NCBI GenBank assembly: GCA_964187785.1
Contig: OZ076412.1
Coordinates: 65,224,001 to 65,288,000, forward strand
From: Amphiscolops sp. MND2022
Lineage: Eukaryota
DNA length: 64,000 nucleotides
Reading direction: 5' to 3'
The notes under the pieces were generated by a model. That model was not told the DNA's origin and did not search any database. It was given only the letters and a program-made list of their open reading frames with translations. Positions 39,110-51,679 of this stretch are shown here, one piece after another; the first letter of the stretch is position 1, and the number at the start of each line of letters is the position of its first letter. The position numbers were made by a program, and so were the translations under genes.

Positions 39110-40245
39110 TCTGATCTGAGTTCAATCAGTTCGTGACTCTACTTTGTGTACTTTGTGTGTTTCCTTGATCAATTACTTTTGTCGTTCGAGGATGCTGCAC
39201 CTCGAGCATTTCTATCTTTCTGGCTTTCATTTGTTCAGACTGTTTTATTTTAGCTCAGTTTCGTGTTTCACTGAGGGCTCTCGGACAGCACAATAGTTTC
39301 TTGTCGAATTTATCACTTTTCCCGCAACGTGTTAGATATGAAGTGTCAACTGCTCAACCCAATAATCAATTGCCAATTAACGAAGAATCAACCCAATATT
39401 ATCGAATATGCTTGCCTGATTGTTCAATTGACTGGCGCCAACATTGTCGGCCCTGTTTGTTTCCGAAAAAACACTTTCATTGAACATGGGTACCAGTTTC
39501 ACTACTAGGTTTTTGAGTTTATCGTCACTTGTCGTTGTCTTTCTGAGAGCTCCAGTTTCATTGACATATTTGTCAGTTGTTTTTTGTGTTTTTTTCCTGC
39601 TGCAATTGTTTTCTAGCCCATATTTCAGTTCGTTGACCATAAGGTTGCTTTCCACATATTCACATAACACATTCAAAGTTTTCCAAGAAAGTGTTCTTCC
39701 ATTTGAAGTGAAAGCTTTCCCATTTATCACAAACTTCATCATCAACGTCCGTCAGTGATTGAGTTCAATCGATTTCTTTTCCTTTGAACTTTCAAAAGGT
39801 ATAATACAGAAGTTCTTCAGATCATTTAACTCGACTTCCATAATTGCTTCAATATCCGAATAGTAGATTTCCAGATATATCGAAACTATCACCAACCACG
39901 TTCTCAAGATTTGCTCTGCTACACATTTCGTCAACAAAGTAGACTGACCTGAGTTCCATCAGTTCGTGACTCTACTTTGTGTTTCTTTGATCAAATACTT
40001 TTGTCATTCGAGGATGCTGCACCTCGAGCATTTCTTTCTTTCTGGCTTTTATTTGTTCAGACTGTTTTATTTTAGCTCAGGTTTTTGTTTCACTGAGGGC
40101 TCTCGGACAGCACAATAGTTTCTTGTCGAGTTTATCACTTTTCCTGCAACCTGTTAGATATGAAGTGTCAACTGCTCAACCCAATAATCAATTGTCAATT
40201 GACGAAAAATCAACCTAATAATGTCGATTATGCTTGCCTTCTTTG
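39110..40245 (-). repeat. Direct ~300-bp duplication flanking a second partial cargo cassette
   Basis: 39110-39425 matches 39950-40245; 39400-39950 matches 36330-36790. Confidence 0.85.
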
Positions 40246-40951
40246 ACGAACTTGATTGTTTCGGTGGATCTCGTCCAACTGACTTGATCCCTTTGCTTTA
40301 CTAGGTGGATAAACTTGCAGTGACGTCTTAGTTCAAAGCTTTGCTTCCAATTAGGAAATCGTTCCTCAAGGATACAATTCGTCCCAAAACTGGAATGGAG
40401 GCCCAACCACCTGTGTGCAGCTAGAGCCCACCTCCCAGAGTACCCAACCAAACCAGTTCCAAATCGCCAATTAGTTCAATGCCAAAGCCCCAGTTACACG
40501 TTCTAGAGATTTCCAATCACCAACGGCAAACCCAGTCTCCACAGTTTTCGTTGGTCGTGAAAAAATGTTTCAGCTACTTGTCGCGACTCCGTTCGGATGC
40601 GGTGACTCATGTAATACTTTTCGATTGCTGTGCGAACAGGATCACCCGTTGCCGCTTCTTGATTACGAAGGCCCCCGCAATAAAGTTAGTTCTCCCAGCT
40701 TTCTGGTTTGCCACAGAAACCAGCACGGAAGCCCTTTCAAGATTCGTGTCACTCGAACAGATAGATGTTGCGTCAGCCGTTTGATGACTCAAACTGCTCA
40801 CGTGTCTTCCACCGCAAATGTTATGCACACGATGAAGACGACGTTCCTCTTGCCGTGTCTACCCAGAATGATGTCCACTCCAATTGTTGATGTACGCCCA
40901 ATGCGGTGATGTTCGCCCCAAAACTGATGATGTCCTGGTCGGTGGACAAAT

Positions 40952-41469
40952 TGTAACGGCTGCTTGATCCCTTCACTTGACCAAACTTCACGCCGCCCTG
41001 AATTCGGTGCTCTGTACTGCGGATCGTTAACGACCACTGCTTGCTTCTAAAATTAAAACGACTGTGTCTTTACTTAGTAGGATCCAATGATCCCAAACTG
41101 CACTTCTTACTTGTCTCTTAACGCGTCCAACTTTCCTCAAGTTGAGAGTAACTAACTTAGTTGCCCCTAGTCTTTGGCGAAAAGTCGAAAAGAGGTGAAG
41201 AAATGAATTGAGAATTGAAATAGTCCTAAGACCCAACTTGAAAACAGCTTTCCAATCAATTTGCGCCTATCTAGTAATGATATAAATCTTCTTTACACTT
41301 CTGCAGTAACTATAAGTCATATTATGTGGTATAAATAAATGACATTTAAGTGAAAGATTAAATATATTGGCTATGTAAACAAAGTATGTGGTGCTTTTGG
41401 CATGGTTGTTTGGCGGGCGAGAAAGTATGTTCATTCAATGTAATTATCACTGATACCAATAGCATTACA
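40952..41469 (-). repeat. BEL-3 middle LTR (518 bp)
   Basis: TGTAA...TTACA termini; preceded by the element's own 3' internal sequence. Confidence 0.9.
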
Positions 41470-41743
41470 TATCCTTCAAGGTCACATGAGGAAATCACAT
41501 AATATTTTGTATATCAAATTTGGGTTTTCATGGGGTCCCACCTAGGTCACTTTGGGTGTTAATTGCTCCAAGCCCAGGGGAGATACGGGGTAGGATGTCC
41601 TATGTGAAGAGGCAGGGTAACAGCACCACTATATGTTTGCCAAGTTGCGAGGTGATTGAAGGAGTGGTTATCCCGGACTGGGGGATGGCCCAGTTTGGGG
41701 ATGCCCTATTTCTGGTGAAACTTGTGATTTTTCCAACTAAAAT

Positions 41744-42618
41744 CTAGACAATATTTAGGAGTTTTGAATTATAAGTTTCATCAGTCACATTCGAAGTTGA
41801 GTTTTTCATTGTGCAATTGACTGACGCCAACATTGCCGGCCCTGTTTTTTTCCGAAAAGAACTTTCATAGAACAAAGGTGCCAATTTTACTACTGGTTTG
41901 TTTAGTTTGTCGTCAATTGTCGTTGTCTTTCTGAGAGCTCCAGTTTCATATTTGTCTGTTGTTTGTTGTGTTCTTTCTCTGCTGCGATTATTCTCTAGCC
42001 CATATTCCGATTCGTTGACAATAACGTTGCTTCCCACATATTCACATAACAAACCCAAAGTTTTCAAAAAAGTGTTCTTCCATTTGAAGTGAAAGTTTTC
42101 CCATTTATCACAAACTTCATCATCAACGTCCGTCATTGATTGAGTTCAATCAATTTCTTTTCCTTTGAACTTTCAAAAGGTATAATACAGAAGTTCTTCA
42201 GATCATTTAACTCGACTTCCATAATTGCTTCAATATCCAAAGAGTAGATATTCAGATTTGTCGAAACTATCCCTAACCACTTTCCCAAGATTTGCTCTGC
42301 TACACAGTTCGTCATCAAAGTTGACTGACCGCGGGGGATATATGTCAAAGTGAATTCGTTCCCTAATCTTTCTATTTTCAAGCATTTAATTTGGCGTTCT
42401 CGAATAATCGTTGAATCATCTACCAGCATCATATGTAAATAAAGAGATGTTTCCACATTACGGTGACTGAAGTTTCTTCTTTTGTTTTCGGTATTCTCTA
42501 TGCATTCAATGGGAATGAATTTGTGGTTTGAATTCCGTCGCTGGGTTACATGTTGCTCTTCGCTTACAGGCACGTCAATTTCCGTAGCTACATCCGTGTT
42601 TTCTTCCAGTAACCGCAA
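41744..42618 (-). pseudogene. Third copy of the BEL-3 cargo cassette
   Basis: ORFs 42618-42133 and 42136-41744 are paralogous to 36960-36373. Confidence 0.75.
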
Positions 42619-43594
42619 TGATGTGGAGTTTCGCTTTCGCTTCTGTTTTTAGAAAGTCACTGAGCTTCTCTCACCATAAAACTCCAACTTCTTATCATCT
42701 AGGTTTCTATCAGGCTCATGATCTTCAGAAACTTCCAATTTACCAAAAGACTCACACTGAGTCCACATTATCTTGAATAGTGTAGCCGACCCATTGCAAG
42801 ACCCGTGATTTCTAAATGACTTCGGAAATTTGGACCAGTGCTCGGGACACCAGTAGTTCTATCTTTCTATCAAAAGAGGGAAAGGCTTCCACTGTGCCTT
42901 TGGCTGTGCAAAGATGTTTCTCCGCTAGGACGGGAACAAACAGGTGTTGATCTGGTGGGATCACTGTATTTTGTGAGGTACGCAATTCTATCATTTGTAT
43001 TCTGTATTGTCCATGTTCTGGTTTCAGTTGAAGAGTTATGTCGGGAAATTTAACTATGTTATTGGTGAGGTCAAATGTAACTGAGTACTTCTTGAAAAAG
43101 GACATGCCATTCAGTATGTTGCCCATTGTGGGGAGAATCATGAAGGTCTCCTCGATTGATTTGTCCCCGATGGAATTGCGAAATAAAACTTGTTTGCAGA
43201 CAGGGAAAATGCTCCAGTTTGCTACTTGTATTTTAAAATCCGGGGCTGGGTAATCTTCTACTTCTAGGAGTGCTGCTGGTGGGTGGATAGGATTCATCGG
43301 AGTTCGTCTTCTGATATTGAACTCTGTATTGTTCGTGTATTAAGGAGGTCATGGTTTTCGTCTTGGAGAAATTGTAGGGGGACGTACAACATTCTGTCCT
43401 TCTTGTTCAGTTGGGATGGAATTTTGCGCTGAGTAGTTGAATTGCCACATCTTTCTTCCGTTTTGGAGTTCGCTTGTTGTGATTTACAGTGGGCACAGTG
43501 TCTGTATCATAGTTGTCTTCGGTCGTCTGCAGTGCTGTGTTTGTAGGTGGTGAAAGAGTATCGGAGGGATGCTCTCCATTAGTCGTCGTCTTTT

Positions 43595-43909
43595 TAGTCG
43601 GCGTTTTCGAAGAGAATCCCGATTCTTACAGTGGCTAGTTTTTTTTTCGTCAGTTCAACGCGAACGTCCACTTTTTGTGCATTGAGGCAATTAATGCAAA
43701 TTTACCAATTTTTACCTTATGTACTTAGTACTTCATTTTCAACACATCCAAAGCGTCTAACATGAGATAAAAAGCGTTCCCCCTTTTACATTTTCGGCAC
43801 TATGCAAACTTACCGGAAACTTCGAAAAAAAAATTGTTGTAGAAAAAGTGGTTTTCGAGTCTTTTTGAGCCTTAGATATGGCACCGACTTGGGCCGTTCC
43901 CAGCTTGTT
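43595..43909 (+). mobile_element. HINE copy 3, inserted in Gypsy-X gag
   Basis: tagtcggcg ... gcaccgact; hairpin remnant gccgttcccagc; T-rich site. Confidence 0.7.
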
Positions 43910-45160
43910 GGTAGTAGTAGCTGTGACTTCTTTATCCTGCGGAGGATCAGTTGCCTCGTAGTTGTAGTTTTTGGTGTAGTAGTGAGCCGTTACGTTGCGC
44001 ACACTTTTGTCAGTCGGATCATTCGGATGACGTGGTGTTGGAAGTTTTTTTTATTTGCTGAAGGGATTCTTGTTGTACTTCAAATGGTAGTAGTTGTTGG
44101 ATGCCACACTCTCCTTTTCTGGGAACGGTTGTGTTGCCATCTCATTTGCTTGTTGGTATTCGTTTTGGGCTCATCGAAAATCTTATCTGAAGTGCCTGTT
44201 TTCTGTTGTAGTTTGTTTGTTGTAGCAGACACTCCCGAATGCGGATATCCTGGGGACCCTGTATCGGCAGTCTTTTGCGGAGTGGCCCACATATCCACAC
44301 ATTTGGTATATCAGTTTGGGATTGAATTTTGGGCGGTCGTTTTCCCTTTGTCGTTTTCGGCATTCTGCCCATTTATGTCCATGGATCGAGCACTACCTTC
44401 AATGCCTTCACATTTTTTTTTGGTTTGAGCATTGTCCTTGTCGTTCTTTTTCTGGATTTCAGGTTGATGCTGTGGTCCATAGTTTGTTGCCTGATTGAAT
44501 GGTTTCATGAGTTGTTGGTTTGGCAACAGTTGGGCGAACTTGCATTGCCTCTGAACGAATGTTTCGAACTCTTCTGTGCTAGCCTTGTGTTTCCTGTGAT
44601 TGCCAGTTCGTTTTGGTGCTGTATTGGGAATTTGGCAAACGGGAACGTTTGCACGTTGTCTCGTACCTTGTACCAGTAGGTCGCTTGGCAATCGTTTTAT
44701 AGTTGGAGAGGAAGATGCTGAACGACTCCGTGGTCGGGTTTTGTCTGAGTTGATTGAACATGAATTTCGACACCGATGTTAGTTCTTCTTTGGCGTATTG
44801 CTTTTTGAAGGCTGCCAAGATATCGCACTGTTTTGTTTCGGTAGTGATTTTTAGCAATTGCCACAACTCAATGGCGTCGTTCCTCATAAGGCTTTGGAAA
44901 TAGTTGGGCTTCTGTTCTGCTTCGAGTTTGTGGGAATAGGGTCGCAAGTGGTTGAGCAGTAATTGCTCGAACTCATTATATTTCTCTCGGTTCCCTTAGA
45001 TAAACGGAACTTGCGTTTGTAGGATCTTAGGTTGCGTTCCTCCCATCGAGCTGCGTAGATGGTGAATTTTGGTCATGAAGACTGTTAGTTTAGGGATAGC
45101 CAATTCAGTTTGTGAAAACCCGTTTTGCGGAGCTGAGCGTGGTAACGTTTGTTGTGGGTT

Positions 45161-45177
45161 GTGGACTCCTGGCACCA
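45161..45177 (-). promoter_or_regulatory. Primer-binding site of Gypsy-X (tRNA-Leu-like)
   Basis: TGGTGCCAGGAGTC immediately after the LTR end ..CCGACA. Confidence 0.7.
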
Positions 45178-46367
45178 TGTCGGAACATCTGTGAGATGCA
45201 ATGTAAAGTACACTCATTCCGTTCCTTTCTCTAATGTTAGAAGCAATTTGTTCGGTCAAAGTTAACATGATGTTGGTCAACTCGCCAAATTGCCCGTTCA
45301 TGTCGGAGAATGACTGTTCTATTCAATTTCGGTCATAATTCCTCTCTTGCGTCATTGTCAAATTCAATCATTTGTTCTGTTGAGAGAATGTCAAGACGAC
45401 TATGATCACTTTTGTTATCACTCATGATTTCGGTTTCTGGTTGATTGTTTTTTTTGCTTTGAGACCTGGTTAATACCATGAGAACAAAACGGTAATGTTT
45501 TGATGGTTTATTTGTATGAAAAACTGTTTAGTAGGAAAGTATAAAACTTAATTCGATGTTCGATTACAGAGTACGATGGTAACTTTCAGTCGTAGTGGCA
45601 GAAGTTGTAATGCAGTCTTACTGGTACCAACGTTTTATCATTTCCTCGTACCAGCCAATAATATTGCGTGTACTAAAAGGTGTTAATTAGCACCATCTTT
45701 AATTTTGGGTGAAAAGTACGACTGTGTGTTCCGGTTGTCGTAGCAACCAATCAACTCAATTATTGTGGTGGTGTGTAAGTTTTGATAGCACGTTTCGGTC
45801 ATCATAGCAAATAATTCTGACGCTACCAATACGGATTACAATGTACGACTGCACGTTTTGGTCGTCATGGCCACTTTGCACTTAGATTTCTTTCAAGTAT
45901 AAACATCATAACTGTAATCATCGGCAATGAAATTAGTATCTACGTGTTGAAGTTAAATGGAACACTAAATGAACAAGTATAATATCGAATATCAGGTTAT
46001 TTGATGAAAACATGAACGTCAAGGGTATGAATAAAAGATATTGGCGACTGATTGCTCCAGTCATACTTGCATGTACTTTCAAATGAAATGAAAGTGTAAG
46101 CATCAGATGGACATGCAATTGTTGAAATATTGCGTCGGTGACTGGCTGGTCCAGTCGTGTTTACACGCATACTTAAAAAAACTAGTAAATTATTGAAATG
46201 TGAAAGTTATTGATGCTGAAAAGTAACTGAAGGACTTGTACAACTTGTATGTATGTATTGACTTGTATTTTCATTCATGTATTTACAGTGGTATTTCTTG
46301 TATGTATTTGCGAATGCAGTTTTGAACTGATTCCTTATATTCTTTATCATGCCATTCAAGCATGACA
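45178..46367 (-). repeat. Gypsy-X 5' LTR (about 1190 bp)
   Basis: TGTC...GACA termini; followed by the PBS. Confidence 0.85.
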
Positions 46368-46612
46368 TTTCCTCTCTTTGAGACGGGGCAAGTTGTAGGG
46401 TGCGTGGAGATGAATGAATTGGGTATACACTGTGTTGGTCCGGAGGTGAATGATATCAAATGGTTGAATGCTAGGTACAGGATAGATCAAAGTGATGAGT
46501 GCGAGCTTGGGTGAGCATTGCAATTCTCGGAAGCATGAACAACTTTCAGAGGCGGCCGACAGGAAGTGAGAGATATGGAGTGTCGTTTATTTGTTTAAGC
46601 AGTTGTAGAGCC
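46368..46612 (-). repeat. Second copy of the Gypsy-X PPT and 3' internal sequence
   Basis: Matches 17582-17830. Confidence 0.9.
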
Positions 46613-46635
46613 ATATTTCATACCATATATCTAAA

Positions 46636-47127
46636 GCTATATCCGAACTTTTGACGCTATCTACGAAGTTAATTGTGTTTTTCTACGGAGGAGGCGTGAA
46701 TTGTGTATGCCAGAGACGCGATTTCAATGGGTTCCCAGTTTCGTTCTGCTGAAACATGAAACCAAGCCCAAACGGATTTGAAACCAGACGCCCGCTTTGC
46801 ACCGGGATTTTTCGTCATCAATTGGCTAACAATTGGCGCCTAATCAAAAAATTTACTTCCTTTTGAGTAAAATACAATTTAGATATAACGTGAAACTTCG
46901 GATATAGCGCAGTGTTGTCGAATATCCGGTTCCGCCTTAGTAAAACACCTTTCACTACAGATATATCGTCGGCAGTTGGGATATAGCGTGTTAGAGAGCG
47001 TGATATATAGCGTGATATAGCGTGAAATAGCGTGATATACAAATGGGAGAGCATTTTTCGAGGCTCCGCCCCCTCCTTAGTAAAACGCAATATGGTTCGG
47101 ATATACCCCGAAAAATTCGGATATAGC
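46636..47127. mobile_element. MITE/fold-back-like element with gctatatccgaa inverted repeats and (atagcgtgat)n
   Basis: gctatatccgaa at 46636; ttcggatatagc at 46897 and 47116; tandem 10-mers at 46980-47040. Confidence 0.5.
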
Positions 47128-47543
47128 GCAATATTTTCCGCATTTTCTCTATTGAAACGCAACTTATTTCGGAAATACCTCAACAGTTTGAATGTGGCGT
47201 GCTGGCAAGGTCAAATGTTCTGTTCTGTATGAATAAGATTTGCCCTCTTTATAAATTTTATATGCACCAGGAGATATAAAAATGGAATAAAATTTGACGA
47301 TTTGGCAGAATTCGAAAAAAAACGCAAAACAGATGATGATTTTTCTCTCCTACACAAAAAATTGTGGGGGCGGAAAATAATAATGACCGTGTTCGAATCA
47401 GTACAGAGGATTAATCGAGAAAAATGAATACACATTAAACTACATTAGTTTTCTGCAGTAACTTGCTTATATCTGATGGGCTCACTGCAAATAACTTTTC
47501 GTTGCTACTTGAAGACTTCACAAGCAACGGAATTATGGGGGAC

Positions 47544-48024
47544 TGTTCAATTCGTCGAACATTCTTTTCGTCGAACACGTATTAATGTAGCGAGCATGGT
47601 ATGACGTAATGGATTGAATTGATTGAGGCCAAGAAAATTCGTGCATTCATAATTACGATAACGTTTTCAACTATGTTCTCATACTCCTAGTGCCCTAAAT
47701 GCAGGAGCGAAGCGAAGAGGAGCGACGTGCTATATGGTCATGCTTAAATATTGCGACTTGGCGAAGGGAGCGAAGCGACCGAGCCATACAACAAATATGC
47801 TAATCGCCACGAAACTATTACCAAATGAAAATAATCGCTGATATGGAATACTTTCGACGCAGTGAATAGCTTTTCATTTTTCGAACGATTTGAAAGTTCG
47901 ACAAATTGTTGTTGCCCCGCAATCTTGTAATGACTACTCGCAGCTCATTACAGTCATTGGATGTAACTACATTAATGCATGCTTTAGTTTGTTACCATTC
48001 AATGAGTGTAAAGAGCTGGGAACA
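47544..48024 (+). repeat. LTR-like repeat Y, copy 1
   Basis: TGTTC...GAACA; preceded by tatgggggac; homologous to 56760-57066. Confidence 0.65.
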
Positions 48025-48338
48025 CTCTAAATCGGTGCCCACTTAGAACTCAAAAAGATTAAAGTCTTCTAAATACATTTGGGGGCAATTTTGAAGACAG
48101 TCTGAAAAATCTAACAAAACTGAGGAAACAGAGAATGAAGAAGTTCTTGTGTAGCTTTGTAAAACATACACATACAATAGTTGAAAAAGACTCTATCATG
48201 GCGTTTATTATTATTCTGTGACGGTATGAGTGAGCTCATAATCTACGAAAACGAATTCACAAATGCACAACTTTGCCCTTCCAACTTCACGGATATATTA
48301 CACTTCACGGATTACTGCCAGCAAGTATTTTCGGGTAT

Positions 48339-50048
48339 TGTAATGAGTATCCTCCACCACACCTTCATTTCTATTTAGATTTCAGGGAAACTGTCTCGAA
48401 CTTTTTCTAATATTACCGTCGAAAGTTTCTTCGGATGTGCACTCTGGTCGCTCAACCGGGACGTTTCACTCATTCTGAGGCATCTGTCCTTGTACGGACC
48501 TGAGAGAAGTCTGTAATTCACGCAAAAACTTGCTCATTAATTGCTTCAATTATGGCCCTCTGAATCTGCGCACTCATGCTACTCATCAAGACGTTCATTT
48601 CTTCAGTGATCCTTCGGTTCAACTCCCCTGATAATTTATTGATTTCGCTACTAGAATTAGCTCCTCTTGAGTTTTGGCTGTTTCCGCCTAGTCCCTAATT
48701 TCATTCTCGCTGGAATTGGAATGGGAATTCAAATCATGATTTATCAAGGCATTGTAACTAATGATTTCTGGTCTTCGGACTAAATCTTTGAGTTCGCTTT
48801 CCTCTTTTTTAAAGTGATTGCCACCTAAAATTACCTCCATGATTTCTTTATCTGATTACATATCATCTTCTCTTGATTTGCTAGCTTTAGTTTTCTGCTT
48901 TCTAGTAGTAGTCATGAAGAATATCCGGTAGTAGTATTTGAATCACTTTATAGGAAAACGAATATTTCATAAGCGTCTTGAACACTGGTCAATTCGGAAA
49001 GATTGTGTCAAACTTAAGGAGTTGGAGGTATATATACGCTTTTAGGCATGACACACATTTTTACATACCATCAACTGTTTAATAATTACATCTGAAGGAA
49101 AGTCACATGAATCCTGGTTATTACATTACTGAAAGGTCACCTGACTTGCAACTGCGTGCAACATCAAAGCAACGGGGAACTATGAAAACTATCACATGAC
49201 AATTTGAAAGCAACTTGTAACACTATACCTCAAAACAATCTTTTAAAGTGTCAACAAGTGGTGGAAGGTATTACAAATATGCACCATGAACATCAGGCAA
49301 GCTCTGACGCACGAGACATAATAAGTTAAGAGGACAGAGTGAACTTCAAATAACGTGTCGAAATTGATTTTTGTTGTAGCCTCATACGGCCAATAGGCAC
49401 AATATTGCATTTCAAACTATAGCAGGAATAGCTTCGGGGACTGGTACTTACAACATCATGCAAACCAAATAATGATCACCCCAAACATTATTATTACTTG
49501 CATTTATTTATGTCAGTAATAATCGCTCTCCTAACACATAAAATGATAGCATCATGAGTAGAAGAATGACATAAATACGTTATTCGGCCGTAACCGGCCA
49601 ATTGCCTAGTTCTAACCACGCAACATTAACGTACCCTCAAATGGCGGTAACAATCAAATGTTGGTACTTCACTGATGCAAGCTGAGTTCTGATTGGACAA
49701 TAAACCGGTGATAAGTCTCGCTGCCGTGGAAGTGAAGTACGGGAGCCCATTTGAACTTGTTTCCGTACTTCTACGCAATAATTCACTTTGCATTGCAATT
49801 GTAATTTTACAGCTAATTTTACATTCCTTTGCTAAAGCAATTCACTCATCAATTCGGATTTTCTAGCAACTGTTAACAGACTAATAGCGTAGAACATCAA
49901 TTTCTATTATAAATACTAATAAATGGGAGATCAAGTTCCATTTCAAAGTTTCTACAGTTTTATTAAATTAGTAGTGTACCTATCGCGGCTTCCTGCCTAA
50001 CTGCTGAAGTTGTAATCGTTGTACCGTCACAGGCGGCAATCTGCGATA
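48339..50048 (-). repeat. LTR-like repeat Z, copy 1, containing a gag-like N-terminal ORF (ATG at 48915, MTTTRKQK..)
   Basis: Ends ..CATTACA on the minus strand; homologous to 57312-57965; no PPT recognised. Confidence 0.6.
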
Positions 50049-51028
50049 CTGCGGGAGGTAGGAAAAGAAAAGAGCATGCGCTTAGTCGAATGATGTATGA
50101 CTCACTTCTCAGTTTTGCGACATATTCGGACTCATGTCTAGGGGTTGATCTCCTCATGTACCAGTCGGCATTTTGTTCTTTAATGGCGTCCACTGATCTT
50201 CCGCACACAATGCGTCCTGTGTACCTTCTGGTATTGTGATAATGAGAAGAGGCTCTGAATTCTACACTAACTGGTGGGGCCAACGTAGTTTCCTCTAACG
50301 GTCCTCTCTCATGAGGGGGGAGACATAGGTGTGTCGGTAATCAGTGATAACGTTTTGCACAGCGCATTTCTTCTTTTCGGGTTCTTCTTGGTTGGCGCAT
50401 AACAAAAATCTTGGTCAAAATATTCCTATTAAATTTAGGTGTAGCCGCCTCGTTTGCCCGTGCTGAACTCTGCCCAGCAACCAATTCTTCCTCCTCGCAA
50501 TTGGTTGTCATCGCCATCCCGCCGATAAGCATAGGGCTAGAGGTTACTTTTCTTTCAATTCCAGCCATCAGTCATCCGTGTCTGTAGAGCTGTCAGATTC
50601 CCAACCATCGGACTTCTCCTTCAAAATTGGAATGTAGATGACGGTGTTGCCCGATGAGTCGGAACTTGCTTCATCCATATCAAACAGTTTTATTGACAGA
50701 TTGAATTTTTGCATTATCAATTTCTTCGTAATTTTTGAATCGATTTAAACCACTGAATTTGGCAAAAATTAGGGTGGAACAATTTTGTTGATATCCTTGC
50801 ATCAAGTTGAGTCAGGCCTTTTCCCGGCAATTCCGATTTGACGGCAGACTCTTCGGTAAGTTATCCTATGTCGGCATAAACTGTCTGAATGGAATTTCAA
50901 TTGCTGACGGCACCCTTTGAATTCCAATTTTTCACCGCTCATCTTCACCTACTTCAAACGAGGTTCGTAACGGCTTACGAGTTGTTGTCATCAAAGAGAC
51001 TTAACTAGAGAGGGGTAATATTGGTTAA

Positions 51029-51420
51029 CTTGAGAGGGTTTTAACACTTCCTGCCTTCTGCCGAGAGCTCATTGCTGAGTGGAAGTTTGTGTTGCGTTTC
51101 CTAACAGTCTACACTCCAAGACAAGAAGGACAAGGAGTGCGAAGCAGAGTAAGGTGCCACTTCGCTAACTTTTTCATATCCACTTATTGATATCAGATTA
51201 GGTTTTGTCTCTGCTTGAACTTAAGAACGCCGTTGTTAGCTATCTATCGGAATCTTCTTTTATTCCGGCTGCAGAGAATCGAGTGGTCGCTTATATGCGA
51301 CAAATTCTTTGTCGTCAAACTGGAGTTCTTCCAGTAGTGGTTTTGGGTCAGCTGCATCATCAGTCGGCAGCGTCCCCACTCAGGGAGCTTCTAATTCTTA
51401 GTATGTGCATATGTATTTGA
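51029..51420 (+). pseudogene. Spliced antisense ORF in the 3' region of Gypsy-Y
   Basis: 53-bp GTAAGG..ttAG intron (51149-51201) gives a phase-0 join ..GQGVRSR|VLSLLELKNAVV.. Confidence 0.55.
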
Positions 51421-51679
51421 GTACACTTTCGGACTGTTTAATTTGTTAATTTATTTCATTCATTTGTATTTTTTGTTATTTCCTGCTTCTTTGCTGCTTT
51501 GCCCAATCTCTGTATTTATTTCCCGAAAGAGTTGTTGCTAGTTCGTCCCCGTTTTTGTTCAAAAAAAATACTGCAGCGGGGCCAGGAAAAAGAAAAAGAA
51601 ATCAAGAAAAGAACATACTCTAGCGCGAGTATCTCAATTCTTAGTATCAGAGATCTTCTGTGTAGTTTGGGTTGGGATT

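Larger units (their letters stand above)
35471..42790 (-). mobile_element. Non-autonomous Bel/Pao array BEL-3 (internal-LTR-internal-LTR) with unknown cargo
   Basis: LTRs at 40952-41469 and 35471-35987; gag knuckle/PR fragment at 40200-40900; Bel integrase tail (PVVKLAP..YES) present three times. Confidence 0.85.
42812..45479 (-). pseudogene. Gypsy-X gag and protease
   Basis: MVLTRSQ start at 45479; KINYFQSL-like gag core (44947-44579); degenerate catalytic LLNTRTIQS near 43340; post-protease ORF 43297-42812. Confidence 0.85.
16464..46367 (-). mobile_element. Large Gypsy/Ty3 element (family X), about 15 kb net, with nested BEL-2, BEL-3 and two HINEs
   Basis: Matching LTRs, PBS and PPT; collinear gag-PR-RT-RH-INT pieces that resume across the inserts (PR region ends at 42812, linker resumes at 35470). 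Confidence 0.75.

Noticed and set aside
43802-44428. 208-aa hydrophobic plus-strand ORF
   Set aside because: Shadow of the low-complexity gag C-terminus plus HINE sequence.
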